This document shows, piece by piece, positions 53,161 to 62,353 of a DNA stretch of 64,000 nt. Position numbers and translations under genes: made by a program. Source of the DNA: Bixzunavirus cane17. Taxonomy: Duplodnaviria; Heunggongvirae; Uroviricota; Caudoviricetes. The notes under the pieces are model-generated. The model had not been told where the DNA came from. It worked only from the letters and a program-made list of their open reading frames with translations, and made no database searches. The stretch lies in the IMG/VR virus record IMGVR_UViG_2974759174_000001; one strand, 5' to 3'. Numbering within the stretch: the stretch's first letter is position 1; each line of letters begins with the position of its first letter.

Positions 53161-53325
53161 ATGGAGCGCTACCTGTTCGCCGGAAGCGAGTTGACCCGCG
53201 ACGAACTGGAGAAGGCTTTGGCTCCAGAGCTGGACGAACTTAACGCCGCCCAGGGCACCAAGATCGGCTTCGACGAATACCTGGCCGCAGCTCTGAACAC
53301 CGGCACCATCACCGAGATCCTGTAA
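53161..53325 (+). CDS. possible small protein (54 aa)
   Basis: GAGGAGG upstream; not in track. Confidence 0.4.
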   Translation: MERYLFAGSELTRDELEKALAPELDELNAAQGTKIGFDEYLAAALNTGTITEIL

Positions 53326-53337
53326 GGCGGGGCGGGA

Positions 53338-53359
53338 CCTCCTCTAATAGGTGAGGAGG
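53338..53359 (+). promoter_or_regulatory. RBS-sequestering hairpin CCTCCTCTA-atagg-TGAGGAGG (family B) upstream of ATG 53369
   Basis: stem plus conserved loop. Confidence 0.55.
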
Positions 53360-53368
53360 CCTGTCCTG

Positions 53369-55252
53369 ATGCGAATCACCACTGCTCGCGAGCAGTTCGA
53401 AATGCTCTTGCCCTGGCGAGAGGCCGACGTCGCTATTCGCCCAGACGCCGTTCCGCCAGGAGTTCCTGGTGCTGGCAATCAGCCTCAGATCCCGGCCCGA
53501 GGGAAGAACATCGGCGAAAACACGCCATGGTCGCAGGTCGACTGGCGTACCGCCGACGATTACGGGGCGCATCGGTCCACCAGTCGACCACCGATGTCTT
53601 CCGACATCCCGCACCCGACCGAGCTGCTCGATCCCCGCAAGGCCGGTCATCGTGCACGCTTGGAGCGTGCGACGGCCAGCGAAGACCCGGTGAACGATCC
53701 ATGGAACGTCCTCGGCGGCACACCCTGGACATTCGAAGACCTGGTCCAGAACCACATGAGCCACCACCAGAACATGAATCCCGAGCAGGAGTTTCAGGGG
53801 CGTGTCTGGTACCCAGCGGCCCATGACTCCACCAAGGACGTGGCCCAGCGGACCATCGGTGACCACGAGCGCACGGTGGCCGTCGATTCGGCGCTGTCGC
53901 CGGTCAAGGACTGGGACCTCAACAACGAGCAGATGATCCACTACCTGACCAACTACGAGGGCCAGGAGGGATACAAGTCTCCGACGAAGAACTGGAAGGG
54001 ATTCAGCCGCGACGCGCCCGAGCGCGACCCTGAGAACCGGTTCCGGATCAAGGCGCCCGACGATCAGAACGAGAAGGCTCATCGGCTGATGGACGCCCCG
54101 GCAGGATCGCTGGGGCGAGAGGACTACCTCAACATCCTGTCCGGCCCCAAGACCAGCTCCTTCTTCAACAACATCCTCGACGAGACCCCGCTGCGCGAAC
54201 CGCGCTCAGGCGTGCCGGACGACGAGGGGTTCTACGAGCACCAGATCAATCCGAACACCGGCAAGCCGGACTGGCGCTACGGCGATCAGGACGTCACCGT
54301 GGACACCCATCACGCCCGGGTTCAGACGATCCCGCACGGCGCCGATCTCAGCCAGGTGGGGTACGTGGTGCCCGACCACTTCGGCGAGAAGCTCACGGTC
54401 AACAAGAAGGCCTACCACCCCGGTTACGACCTGCACGCTCGTGCGTCGGCGGAAGCAACCCGTCGGCTCAACGCCATGCAGGAGGACGACCTGCGGACTT
54501 TGAAGCCCAAGCAGGCTCAGGCCGGTCCGTGGGTCAAGTTCAAGAAGGACGTCGTCGACGCCGGTGTGTCGCCGAACATGCCCGAGCCCGGCCAGATGCC
54601 CAAGTCTTTCAATCCCGACAAGCCGACCCAGCTGAGGGGCCCGTATCCGAACACTCCGGACCAGCCTCGTTATCAGCGTGACGTTGGCGACTTCTGGGTA
54701 CATCCAGACCGTCCGGACCCGGACCTGCGCCGGGCTCCGAACTGGAACAACCGCACGCCCAGCTGGCGTAGTGAGAAGAATCGTCGACAATCGTCGGTGC
54801 GAGTGGGCTTCGTCGAGGAATGGATCGCTCAGCACTTCCCGCATCGGGCTCATAGTCCCGAAGACGGCAGCGTCCAGCAGGTGGTTCAGGCCAGCTTCAG
54901 CGACGACTTCGAACCGATCGCGATTCATCCCGAGCCGCACAAGATCCACCCGGACTGGGGCGGCGGAGAGCCAGACATCGAACATCGTGGCTACTGGCAG
55001 CACGGCCCGTCCGAGATGTCGGTGATGAGCGACTGGGGTGACGAGAACGGGAACATCAACTACTCGCTCATCCACCAGGGCGACACGATCGACGTCGCGC
55101 AGGACCCGCACGAGTTCCTCTCGCGGTCTCCGCAGGAGCTGGCTGACATGTTCGGCCTGAATCCGGAGACGCACGACGATCGCGGTCACTACGGGTCTCG
55201 GCTGACTGCTGAGACTCTCTCCTTCGCCGATGAGGTGCTCAAGAATGTGTAA
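53369..55252 (+). CDS. hypothetical large protein (627 aa) with conserved N-terminal RITTAREQFEMLLPW module
   Basis: long ORF; N-terminus paralogous to the next gene. Confidence 0.8.
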   Translation: MRITTAREQFEMLLPWREADVAIRPDAVPPGVPGAGNQPQIPARGKNIGENTPWSQVDWRTADDYGAHRSTSRPPMSSDIPHPTELLDPRKAGHRARLERATASEDPVNDPWNVLGGTPWTFEDLVQNHMSHHQNMNPEQEFQGRVWYPAAHDSTKDVAQRTIGDHERTVAVDSALSPVKDWDLNNEQMIHYLTNYEGQEGYKSPTKNWKGFSRDAPERDPENRFRIKAPDDQNEKAHRLMDAPAGSLGREDYLNILSGPKTSSFFNNILDETPLREPRSGVPDDEGFYEHQINPNTGKPDWRYGDQDVTVDTHHARVQTIPHGADLSQVGYVVPDHFGEKLTVNKKAYHPGYDLHARASAEATRRLNAMQEDDLRTLKPKQAQAGPWVKFKKDVVDAGVSPNMPEPGQMPKSFNPDKPTQLRGPYPNTPDQPRYQRDVGDFWVHPDRPDPDLRRAPNWNNRTPSWRSEKNRRQSSVRVGFVEEWIAQHFPHRAHSPEDGSVQQVVQASFSDDFEPIAIHPEPHKIHPDWGGGEPDIEHRGYWQHGPSEMSVMSDWGDENGNINYSLIHQGDTIDVAQDPHEFLSRSPQELADMFGLNPETHDDRGHYGSRLTAETLSFADEVLKNV

Positions 55253-56546
55253 CCGCCGTCGCATCATCACCGCCCGCGAGCAGTTCGAGATGCTGCAACC
55301 CTGGCACCGCGAAGCTGCTGCGCACCCGGAGGCTCACCCGGATCTGCACCACAGCTTCGCCACGCACGGCTCGGTGCACACCACCGGTGGCCGCGTGCTG
55401 CCGCAGCGCACCGCCAACTCGCCGACCTTCCAGGATCCGGCGGGATGGACCTTCCATAAGTCCTTCGAGCCCAGCCAGCACGCATTGCAGGGCGCACGGG
55501 CCTACGCCTCGCTGGTCGGCCTGCCGGACCCGCACTCCGGTCATGTGGACTACCTCAACGCCCGCCGGACGCCCGACAGCGTGGCCAAAGTGGCCAAGGC
55601 CTACGACAGCCTGCCGGACATGGACCGCAGTGCCGTCCCGCACTTCCAGGCGATGGCCGACGAGGTGGCCAAGCAGCACGACTTCATGACCAATCGTCTG
55701 GGCATCAAGACCCAGTCGGTGGACTACGACCCGTACACCGACGTGCACGAGATGCTGCACGACATCAACCACAACAAGACCCTCAAGGTGATGGGCACCC
55801 ATGTCACCGGCGGGCATCCCTTGTTCAGCAACAAGCAGAACGACATGTTCCGCGCTGTGCACGACTTCTTCGGTCATGCCGCGACCGGGCGCAGCTTTGA
55901 CCGACATGGCGAGCAGGCTGCATACCTGGCGCACGCGCAGATGTTCTCTCCGCACGCGCTGCCCGCGCTGGCCAGCGAGACCAAGGGTCAGAACAGCTCG
56001 CTGATCTACAACGGCCAGTTCGGTCCGCAGAAGGTCGGCATCATGTCGCCGGAGCACTACACCGACGGCCTGGCGCTGCATCGACCGCGTGTGTCATCCT
56101 ATAGAACAGCTGTAGGAGATCCACAGTGGCAGAACGAGGTAGAGAAGGCCGTGCGCGAGACGGGCGGGTACACCTTCCGCGATCGTCCTGGTGACGGCCC
56201 GCAGAGCGGATTCATGGTGGCCCTGCCGGGCGCCGAGAAGATCGTTCCGCGTGACGAGTTCTCCGGGGAGGATGCCGCCCGCTACCGCCAGGAGTGGGAC
56301 GACAGGATCCGGGAGGATCCCGATCGCTATCAGGGTGGCTGGGACGACGTCGAGTCGGGCAACTTCTACCACGACGTGGCCAAGCACTACGACGACCTCT
56401 GGGAGTCGGGTGTGGCCGGACGCGCCGAGAACGACGAAGATGCCCAGCACGGTATCTACCATCTCGACTCCGACACCACGTTCAGCCCTCTGGAGGTCAA
56501 CTACGGCGGCACGCCGGGATACATGATGGCCAGGAGGGAAGACTGA
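55245..56546 (+). CDS. hypothetical protein (433 aa) with paralogous N-terminal RIITAREQFEMLQPW module, His-rich
   Basis: 8-nt overlap with the upstream gene. Confidence 0.75.
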   Translation: MCNRRRIITAREQFEMLQPWHREAAAHPEAHPDLHHSFATHGSVHTTGGRVLPQRTANSPTFQDPAGWTFHKSFEPSQHALQGARAYASLVGLPDPHSGHVDYLNARRTPDSVAKVAKAYDSLPDMDRSAVPHFQAMADEVAKQHDFMTNRLGIKTQSVDYDPYTDVHEMLHDINHNKTLKVMGTHVTGGHPLFSNKQNDMFRAVHDFFGHAATGRSFDRHGEQAAYLAHAQMFSPHALPALASETKGQNSSLIYNGQFGPQKVGIMSPEHYTDGLALHRPRVSSYRTAVGDPQWQNEVEKAVRETGGYTFRDRPGDGPQSGFMVALPGAEKIVPRDEFSGEDAARYRQEWDDRIREDPDRYQGGWDDVESGNFYHDVAKHYDDLWESGVAGRAENDEDAQHGIYHLDSDTTFSPLEVNYGGTPGYMMARRED

Positions 56547-56758
56547 TGGCGCTGGACATGGAGAAGCTGCGCGCGTTCGCCAGCGAGGTGGGTTACTGGC
56601 CTGCCACCGACGATGACGATGAGCTGGAGGCCCGGCGCCAGGCGCACGCTGCCGACACCGGCTCGCTGGAGCGCACTCACGCCAAGTACGGCCATCTGCG
56701 TGAACACAAGCGTCAGGTCGAGGCTGAGGCTGCCGCGCGGCGCGATCTCAAGGACTGA
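56546..56758 (+). CDS. hypothetical protein (70 aa)
   Basis: RBS CAGGAGGGAAG; TGATG coupling. Confidence 0.6.
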   Translation: MALDMEKLRAFASEVGYWPATDDDDELEARRQAHAADTGSLERTHAKYGHLREHKRQVEAEAAARRDLKD

Positions 56759-56760
56759 CC

Positions 56761-57132
56761 ATGACGATGCCCACCGAGGAAAGCGGCAAGCCGGGTCTGT
56801 TCGACCGGTTTGCCGACCTCATCAACCAGTTCACCTCGCGCGCGTGGTTCTTCCTCGCTTGCGTTTTGCTCGTGCTGATATGGGCACCCAGCTTTCTGGT
56901 GGTGGGCAACATCGACACCTGGCAGCTGCTGATCAACACCCCGACGACGGTGATCACGTTTCTGCTGGTGGCCCTGCAGGCCAACACCTCCAAGCGCTCC
57001 GACGCGTCGGAGCAGGCCAAGCTCAACGCGATCGCCGACGGACTGGCCGACCTCATGGAGCACTTCGAGGTCACTGAGCACGCCCACGAACTACGAGAGG
57101 CCGTGGGACTGGAAGAGAAGGAGTCCACCTGA
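56761..57132 (+). CDS. membrane protein (123 aa, two TM helices), holin-like candidate
   Basis: WFFLACVLLVLIWAPSFLVVG and TTVITFLLVALQ. Confidence 0.65.
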   Translation: MTMPTEESGKPGLFDRFADLINQFTSRAWFFLACVLLVLIWAPSFLVVGNIDTWQLLINTPTTVITFLLVALQANTSKRSDASEQAKLNAIADGLADLMEHFEVTEHAHELREAVGLEEKEST

Positions 57133-57362
57133 TGCCGAACGAGACTGATACCGTCCGGGGAATCCAGGGCCACCCGGAGCTTCCGGGTCCGCCCAACACC
57201 CCGCCGACGACCCAGGTCCCGCCGGAGTACTGGCGCAAGAACCCCGAGGGCGACCCTGACCACGGCCAGTACCAGACCGTGGAGCGTGGCCGCGACGACG
57301 TCGTCAAGGTGCCGGTCGAGCCGGGCTGGGACAACAACGTGGTCATCGGCGGATTCGAGTAG
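57132..57362 (+). CDS. small protein (76 aa) with VRGIQGHPELPGPP motif
   Basis: paralogue of next gene. Confidence 0.6.
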   Translation: MPNETDTVRGIQGHPELPGPPNTPPTTQVPPEYWRKNPEGDPDHGQYQTVERGRDDVVKVPVEPGWDNNVVIGGFE

Positions 57363-57364
57363 CC

Positions 57365-57586
57365 ATGCCCGAGATCGATCACGTGCGGGGCATCGAGGGA
57401 CATCCGGAGCTCCCCGGCCCGCCGTACGACCCGCCGACCCACACCTGGGCGGTGCCGGTCAACGACCTGGTGCGGACCCCGAAGGGTGACCCCGACGGTA
57501 AGCGCAAGCAGTACATCGAGATCCGTGGACCGCAGCTGGAGTTCATCGAGGCGCGCGACGACGCGCCCGAGGACGACGGAAACTGA
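57365..57586 (+). CDS. small protein (73 aa) with VRGIEGHPELPGPP motif
   Basis: tandem paralogue. Confidence 0.6.
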   Translation: MPEIDHVRGIEGHPELPGPPYDPPTHTWAVPVNDLVRTPKGDPDGKRKQYIEIRGPQLEFIEARDDAPEDDGN

Positions 57587-57848
57587 CGATCCTCCCCGAC
57601 GGGGCTACACTGTTTTTGCAGCACTCCTTTGCGAGTGCAAAGTCTTCTCATGTGGGTGAGAAGTGGTGGAGGGCAAAGGGACTCAATTCCCCGTCAGCCC
57701 CCAGAGGATCTGTGCTGGCTAGGGCGTGGCTGGCACAGGTCCTCTTACTTTTTGTACCGTTCGACACCAGCGGTTTCCGCTTCCTTGCCAATCTCCTGCA
57801 AACAAACAACAATGAGTTATAGACGACCTACAGGAGACTGACCTCACG

Positions 57849-58115
57849 ATGGGAGGACCACGGGTGAACACCTATCTTGTCCGCCTGGCCGACCGCCACA
57901 CCGGCGAGGGCCAGCGGATTCTTGTCCAGGACCGTAACCCGAGCACCGACCCCGCGACGGCGCTCGATGACATGCAGCGCTGGGTGGACGCTCACAAGGA
58001 GAGCTTCGACCCGCCGCTGCAGATCGCCGATCCCATGGTGATCGACATCCATCTGCTCAAGATGAAGCGTCCGGCGCGGACGGTCCTGCCGACCGCGACC
58101 CGTGTTCCTCTGTGA
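57849..58115 (+). CDS. hypothetical protein (88 aa)
   Basis: RBS CAGGAGA. Confidence 0.6.
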   Translation: MGGPRVNTYLVRLADRHTGEGQRILVQDRNPSTDPATALDDMQRWVDAHKESFDPPLQIADPMVIDIHLLKMKRPARTVLPTATRVPL

Positions 58116-58134
58116 GCGCGATCACATAACGGAG

Positions 58135-58203
58135 CGGAATGATCCTCCACCGGGTGCGGTTGTAAGGAGTGTTCGACACTCACACAATCACCCAGGAGGA
58201 ATC
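58135..58203 (+). promoter_or_regulatory. promoter-leader element variant (CGGAATGATCC, GTTGTAAGGAG, ACACTCACACAATCACCCAGGAGG)
   Basis: family member. Confidence 0.45.
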
Positions 58204-58323
58204 ATGAACCCCAAGGCCCAGATGATGAGCGCCACCGGCTACGTGAAGCGACCCAACAAGGCCACCCGCGCCAAGGAGGCTCGCGCCTGGAAGCGTGATC
58301 AGGAGGTCGCCCGCTACCGCTGA
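58204..58323 (+). CDS. small basic protein (39 aa)
   Basis: strong RBS CAGGAGGAA; follows the element. Confidence 0.5.
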   Translation: MNPKAQMMSATGYVKRPNKATRAKEARAWKRDQEVARYR

Positions 58324-58331
58324 ACACCCTG

Positions 58332-58380
58332 CCGAAGGCCCCTTCAGCCACTCGAATTAATGAGTGGAAGGAGGGGCCTT
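58332..58380 (+). terminator. nested hairpins GAAGGCCCCTTC ... CCACTC-gaattaat-GAGTGG ... GAAGGAGGGGCCTTC whose 3' arm carries the next RBS
   Basis: inverted repeats. Confidence 0.4.
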
Positions 58381-58384
58381 CGTC

Positions 58385-58879
58385 GTGTCTGACCAGCAGC
58401 AGATCATCGAGGTCGAACTCGACCCGATCGGGTACGTGCCGCGACCCGATCTTTTCGTGCGCAACCTCTCCCCGCAAACGATCACCTTCAACATGGGCAA
58501 GATCCGGTGGACCCTACCACCGTTCCCCAACCCGGACTACGAACAGCCGCTGCCCTGGACTGTCGCACGCTCGTCTGGCTTTGGTCGACTCTGGGCCCGA
58601 GGGCAAGTCCTGGTTGCTGGCGATGAAGAGTTCACCCTCATCGTCAACGACCTGCCTGAGGGCGGATCGCTCTTCCGTCCCTTCGTGCACCGCCAGGAGG
58701 TCGCACAGTCTGTCGTCGACATTGACCACGACTTGAACCGCCGGGGTCCGGTCATGGTCTCGGTCTTCAGCCTTGACGGACAGACCGAGTACTTCAACTT
58801 CCACACCGAGATGCTCACCGAGAACCGGTGCCGCGTCTCGTTCGACGACCCGATCTCGTTCGTGGCCACCATTTTCTAA
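58385..58879 (+). CDS. hypothetical protein (164 aa)
   Basis: GTG 58385 chosen over GTG 58364, which lies inside the RBS. Confidence 0.65.
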   Translation: MSDQQQIIEVELDPIGYVPRPDLFVRNLSPQTITFNMGKIRWTLPPFPNPDYEQPLPWTVARSSGFGRLWARGQVLVAGDEEFTLIVNDLPEGGSLFRPFVHRQEVAQSVVDIDHDLNRRGPVMVSVFSLDGQTEYFNFHTEMLTENRCRVSFDDPISFVATIF

Positions 58880-58896
58880 GAGGGAGATAGCCCAGC

Positions 58897-59802
58897 ATGA
58901 CTGCACGCAGGTCCGCTTCGCAGCTGGACATGAACAGCAAGAAGATCATCGAAGTCGGTGCTCCTTCGAACCCCAACGACGCAGCCCGCAAGGCCGACGT
59001 CGACACCTCCTACAACAACGCGATCTCGCGTGCCAACCACACCGGCACGCAGACCGCGTCGACCATCAGCAACTTCGACACCCAGGTCCGGGCCAACCGG
59101 CTCGACCAGATGAGCGCGCCGACGGCGCCGGTGTCGATGAACAGTCAGCGGGTGACCTCGGTGGCCGCGCCTACCGTCGACGGCGACGCGGCCAACAAGA
59201 AGTACGTCGACGACGCGCTGGCCGGTCTGGTCTCCGGCATGGAGCGCAAGGGCGGCGTCAAGGTGGCCGTCGGGGAGAACGTCAACATTGCCAACCCGGG
59301 CACCTCGACCCTCGACGGCGTCAGCGTGAGCAGTGGCGACATCGTCCTGCTCTACGGCCAGACCGACGGCACTCAGAACGGCCCGTACGTCTTCAACGGC
59401 TCCGGTGTGGGCATGACCCGCGCGGCCAACTGGGACACCGCCGGTGAGGCCGTCATCGGCTCGTTCTGGATCGTGGCGCAAGGGTCCAAGGCCGACCACT
59501 TCGCCCTGATGACCAATGACAGCTTCGTGCTGGGCAGCGATGAGATGGACGTCCAGTTCGTCGGCGTGGCCCCGACGGCCAGCGCGCCGTTCGAGGCCGA
59601 CCTCGGCGACGGCTCGGCGACGGTCTTCAACTGCGATCACAACTTCAACACCCGCGCGGTGCACGTGACCGTCTACCGCAATGCCAGCCCGTACGACGAG
59701 CCGCTGGTCTACATCGCCCACCCGACAGTCAACCGGGTGACCATCGAGCCTGACGACGTCTGGTCCAGCGGCCAGTATCACGTGGTGATTTCTCGCGCGT
59801 GA
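58897..59802 (+). CDS. tail fibre protein (301 aa)
   Basis: repeated fibre motifs KKIIEVGAPSNPNDAARKADVD and QRVTSVAAPTVDGDAANKKYVDDA. Confidence 0.8.
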   Translation: MTARRSASQLDMNSKKIIEVGAPSNPNDAARKADVDTSYNNAISRANHTGTQTASTISNFDTQVRANRLDQMSAPTAPVSMNSQRVTSVAAPTVDGDAANKKYVDDALAGLVSGMERKGGVKVAVGENVNIANPGTSTLDGVSVSSGDIVLLYGQTDGTQNGPYVFNGSGVGMTRAANWDTAGEAVIGSFWIVAQGSKADHFALMTNDSFVLGSDEMDVQFVGVAPTASAPFEADLGDGSATVFNCDHNFNTRAVHVTVYRNASPYDEPLVYIAHPTVNRVTIEPDDVWSSGQYHVVISRA

Positions 59803-59833
59803 CCTGGGCAAATAGAGCGAAAGCAGGCTCTTC

Positions 59834-60652
59834 ATGACAACTCGCGCCAGTGCGTCGCGGCTCTCGGTCACCCACGCCCCCACCGCCAATGAGCACGTCG
59901 CCAACAAGCAGTACGTCGACCAGGCAATCGCGGCGGTGCTGGCCAACGACGGCATCACCATGGGTGCCATCGACGGCCTCGAGGAGGCCCTCAACACCAA
60001 GATGGACAAGTCGCTGGTCGACGCCAAGGGTGACCTCGTCATCGGCACGGCGAACAACTCCCCGGGCATCTTGTCCGTCGGCGCCGACCGGACGTTCCTG
60101 ACGCCCAAGGCGGCGAATCCGACCGGCCTGGAGTGGACAACCATTCAGGCCTCCGACATCTCCGGCCTGAGCGACCTGTTGGCCCTGCGTGCCCCGATCA
60201 ACAACCCGACGTTCACCGGCACCGTCTCGGGCATCACCAAGGCCATGGTGGGTCTGGGCAACGTCGACAACACCTCCGACGCCACCAAGAACTCCGCCAC
60301 GGCCACCCTGACCAATAAGCGGATCACCAAGCGGGTCCACGATCAGAACGCGCCGGGCGCCACGCCCACGTTGGCCTGGAACTCCTACGACATGATCGTG
60401 CTGCGTGGCATCAACGCGGCCATCACGTCGTTGTCCTCGGGCATCACCGGCACGCCGACCCAGGGCCAGCCCTGGCTGCTGCGGTTCAAGGACGACGGCA
60501 CCGCTCGGGCGCTTACTTGGGGCGCCTCCTATCGGGCGATCGGAGTCGCTCTGCCTACCACAACCACGGTCGGCAAGACGCTCTACGTGGGCGGCTTCTA
60601 CAACGCCACGGACTCGCTTTACGACGTGCTCGCCGTCGGTCAGGAGGCCTGA
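59834..60652 (+). CDS. tail fibre protein (272 aa)
   Basis: ANEHVANKQYVDQA; PTFTGTVSGITKAMVGLGNVDNTSD classic fibre motif. Confidence 0.8.
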   Translation: MTTRASASRLSVTHAPTANEHVANKQYVDQAIAAVLANDGITMGAIDGLEEALNTKMDKSLVDAKGDLVIGTANNSPGILSVGADRTFLTPKAANPTGLEWTTIQASDISGLSDLLALRAPINNPTFTGTVSGITKAMVGLGNVDNTSDATKNSATATLTNKRITKRVHDQNAPGATPTLAWNSYDMIVLRGINAAITSLSSGITGTPTQGQPWLLRFKDDGTARALTWGASYRAIGVALPTTTTVGKTLYVGGFYNATDSLYDVLAVGQEA

Positions 60653-61260
60653 TGCCGGTCACCTTCTCCCGGTCCAACGGCAACTGGGGCGCCAGCAACC
60701 CCGGTCACGCCATCACGGTCGAGCCCGGAGAGTCCATCGTGGTCTGGCAGTCCTGCCAGAACCCGAACGCCAACCCGCACACCTGCACGATTGCCGGAGT
60801 GTCCGTCCCCTTGATCGGCCAGGATCTCAACGGCTCGCTGTCCAACACCTACTGCTTTGCTCTGCTCAATCCCCCGGTGGGCACCAATCTGACGGTCGCC
60901 TTCCCGGTCATCGGCTCCTACGACGCTGCCTGCACGATCGTGCTCAAGGGCGTGGGCAGCTTCGGCACATCGGTGCAGCACACCACCGGCAACAGTATTA
61001 CGGCGTCAACCGAGGCCGGATGGTACCTCACCTCCGGCTGGTGCAACCGTGGTTCGTTCACCGCCACCAACGGCGTGCAGCGGTTCCGACGTGACACGGC
61101 GGGCTTCGTCAACCTGGCACTGTATGTCGCCGACTTGACCTCAACGACCAGTCCGACGTCGACCATTGAAATTACGGCGTCGGACACCACTATCACCGGC
61201 CTTGCGCTTCCGGTTTTGCCCAAAGCCGAGCAGAACTTCTTCCCGCTCATCGCAGCGTGA
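60652..61260 (+). CDS. tail fibre-associated protein (202 aa)
   Basis: TGATG coupling to the fibre gene. Confidence 0.7.
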   Translation: MPVTFSRSNGNWGASNPGHAITVEPGESIVVWQSCQNPNANPHTCTIAGVSVPLIGQDLNGSLSNTYCFALLNPPVGTNLTVAFPVIGSYDAACTIVLKGVGSFGTSVQHTTGNSITASTEAGWYLTSGWCNRGSFTATNGVQRFRRDTAGFVNLALYVADLTSTTSPTSTIEITASDTTITGLALPVLPKAEQNFFPLIAA

Positions 61261-61331
61261 ACCCTGTGGGAAGCGGTCGCAGGATTCTGAACCAGTGAGG
61301 GCAGTAAACCCCCACTAGTGAAGGAGTCAAG

Positions 61332-61958
61332 GTGACTACACCTACTGCGCAGCGGAAGTCCCTGCGCGAACTGCGTGAATCGACCGGCACCCTGTTCGCC
61401 AAGAACAACACCAGGAACAAGATCACGTGCAACACCGACAAGATCCGCTTTGAGCTGGAGCCCGCCGGTACGGACGACTCGATCCGCATCGTGCCCAAGG
61501 AGTGCCTCAACGAGCCCGGCTTCCAGCGCCTGTGGATGCGCGGACGCATCTCAATCTCCGACGACGAGGCCATGGAGAATGAGGTCATCCTGCTCATGAG
61601 CGGGCAGGTCGAGACCAAGCCCAAGATCTACTCGACCGACAAGGACGGCAATCAGATCGAGGTTGCCCCGCAGCTCACCGAGTCGGCGGAGAGCCGCGAC
61701 ATCGTCTTCCGCGAGCAGGGCGATCCCACCCAGCGCGGCTACACCATCCAGAGCGGCAACACCTGCATCTGGACCGGCTGTGGGGCGCCTGTGCTCATCG
61801 CACAGAAGTTCCTGGACCAGGGCGAGCCGCCGCTGTGCCAGGATCATTCAGACCGTAAGGGCCAGGTGGCATCGACGCCGCAGCCCGACGGCACCTGGAC
61901 CCACCAGGTGATCAGCATGCAGCCGGTACAGAAGAGCGATCTTCCCGCCGGGGGCTAA
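61332..61958 (+). CDS. hypothetical protein (208 aa)
   Basis: GTG with GAAGGAG RBS. Confidence 0.7.
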   Translation: MTTPTAQRKSLRELRESTGTLFAKNNTRNKITCNTDKIRFELEPAGTDDSIRIVPKECLNEPGFQRLWMRGRISISDDEAMENEVILLMSGQVETKPKIYSTDKDGNQIEVAPQLTESAESRDIVFREQGDPTQRGYTIQSGNTCIWTGCGAPVLIAQKFLDQGEPPLCQDHSDRKGQVASTPQPDGTWTHQVISMQPVQKSDLPAGG

Positions 61959-61976
61959 CGAGGAGAAGAGAACACC

Positions 61977-62267
61977 ATGGCAAACGACCTGCCACTCGGA
62001 CCGTTCAGTGACTCGGTGTACGCCCGACCGGGCATGACGCACCAGGTCCGTCAGTTCGACCGCAATCCCGGCAAGGGGGAGACCATCCTCACCGCCGTGG
62101 CCAATCCGTCGGAGATGGCACTGCAGGCCGAGCAGGACTCGCTGGACCGCGCGCGGGAGACCGGCGTCGACGAGCCGCGCAACCCGCGTCCCGAGGTGTA
62201 CGCGCATCGGGATTACTACAAGGAGCAGATGGAGTCGACCTCCATCGACCGCAGCTACGACGGCTGA
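61977..62267 (+). CDS. hypothetical protein (96 aa)
   Basis: RBS GAGGAGAAGAG. Confidence 0.6.
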   Translation: MANDLPLGPFSDSVYARPGMTHQVRQFDRNPGKGETILTAVANPSEMALQAEQDSLDRARETGVDEPRNPRPEVYAHRDYYKEQMESTSIDRSYDG

Positions 62268-62353
62268 GTTCACCTGCTCTCGTTATTCCCCCGACCCCGT
62301 CCGCCCTCGCTCTGAGGGCGGCGGGGAGCGTCGCTGCAATCTAGGAGGGCGGC

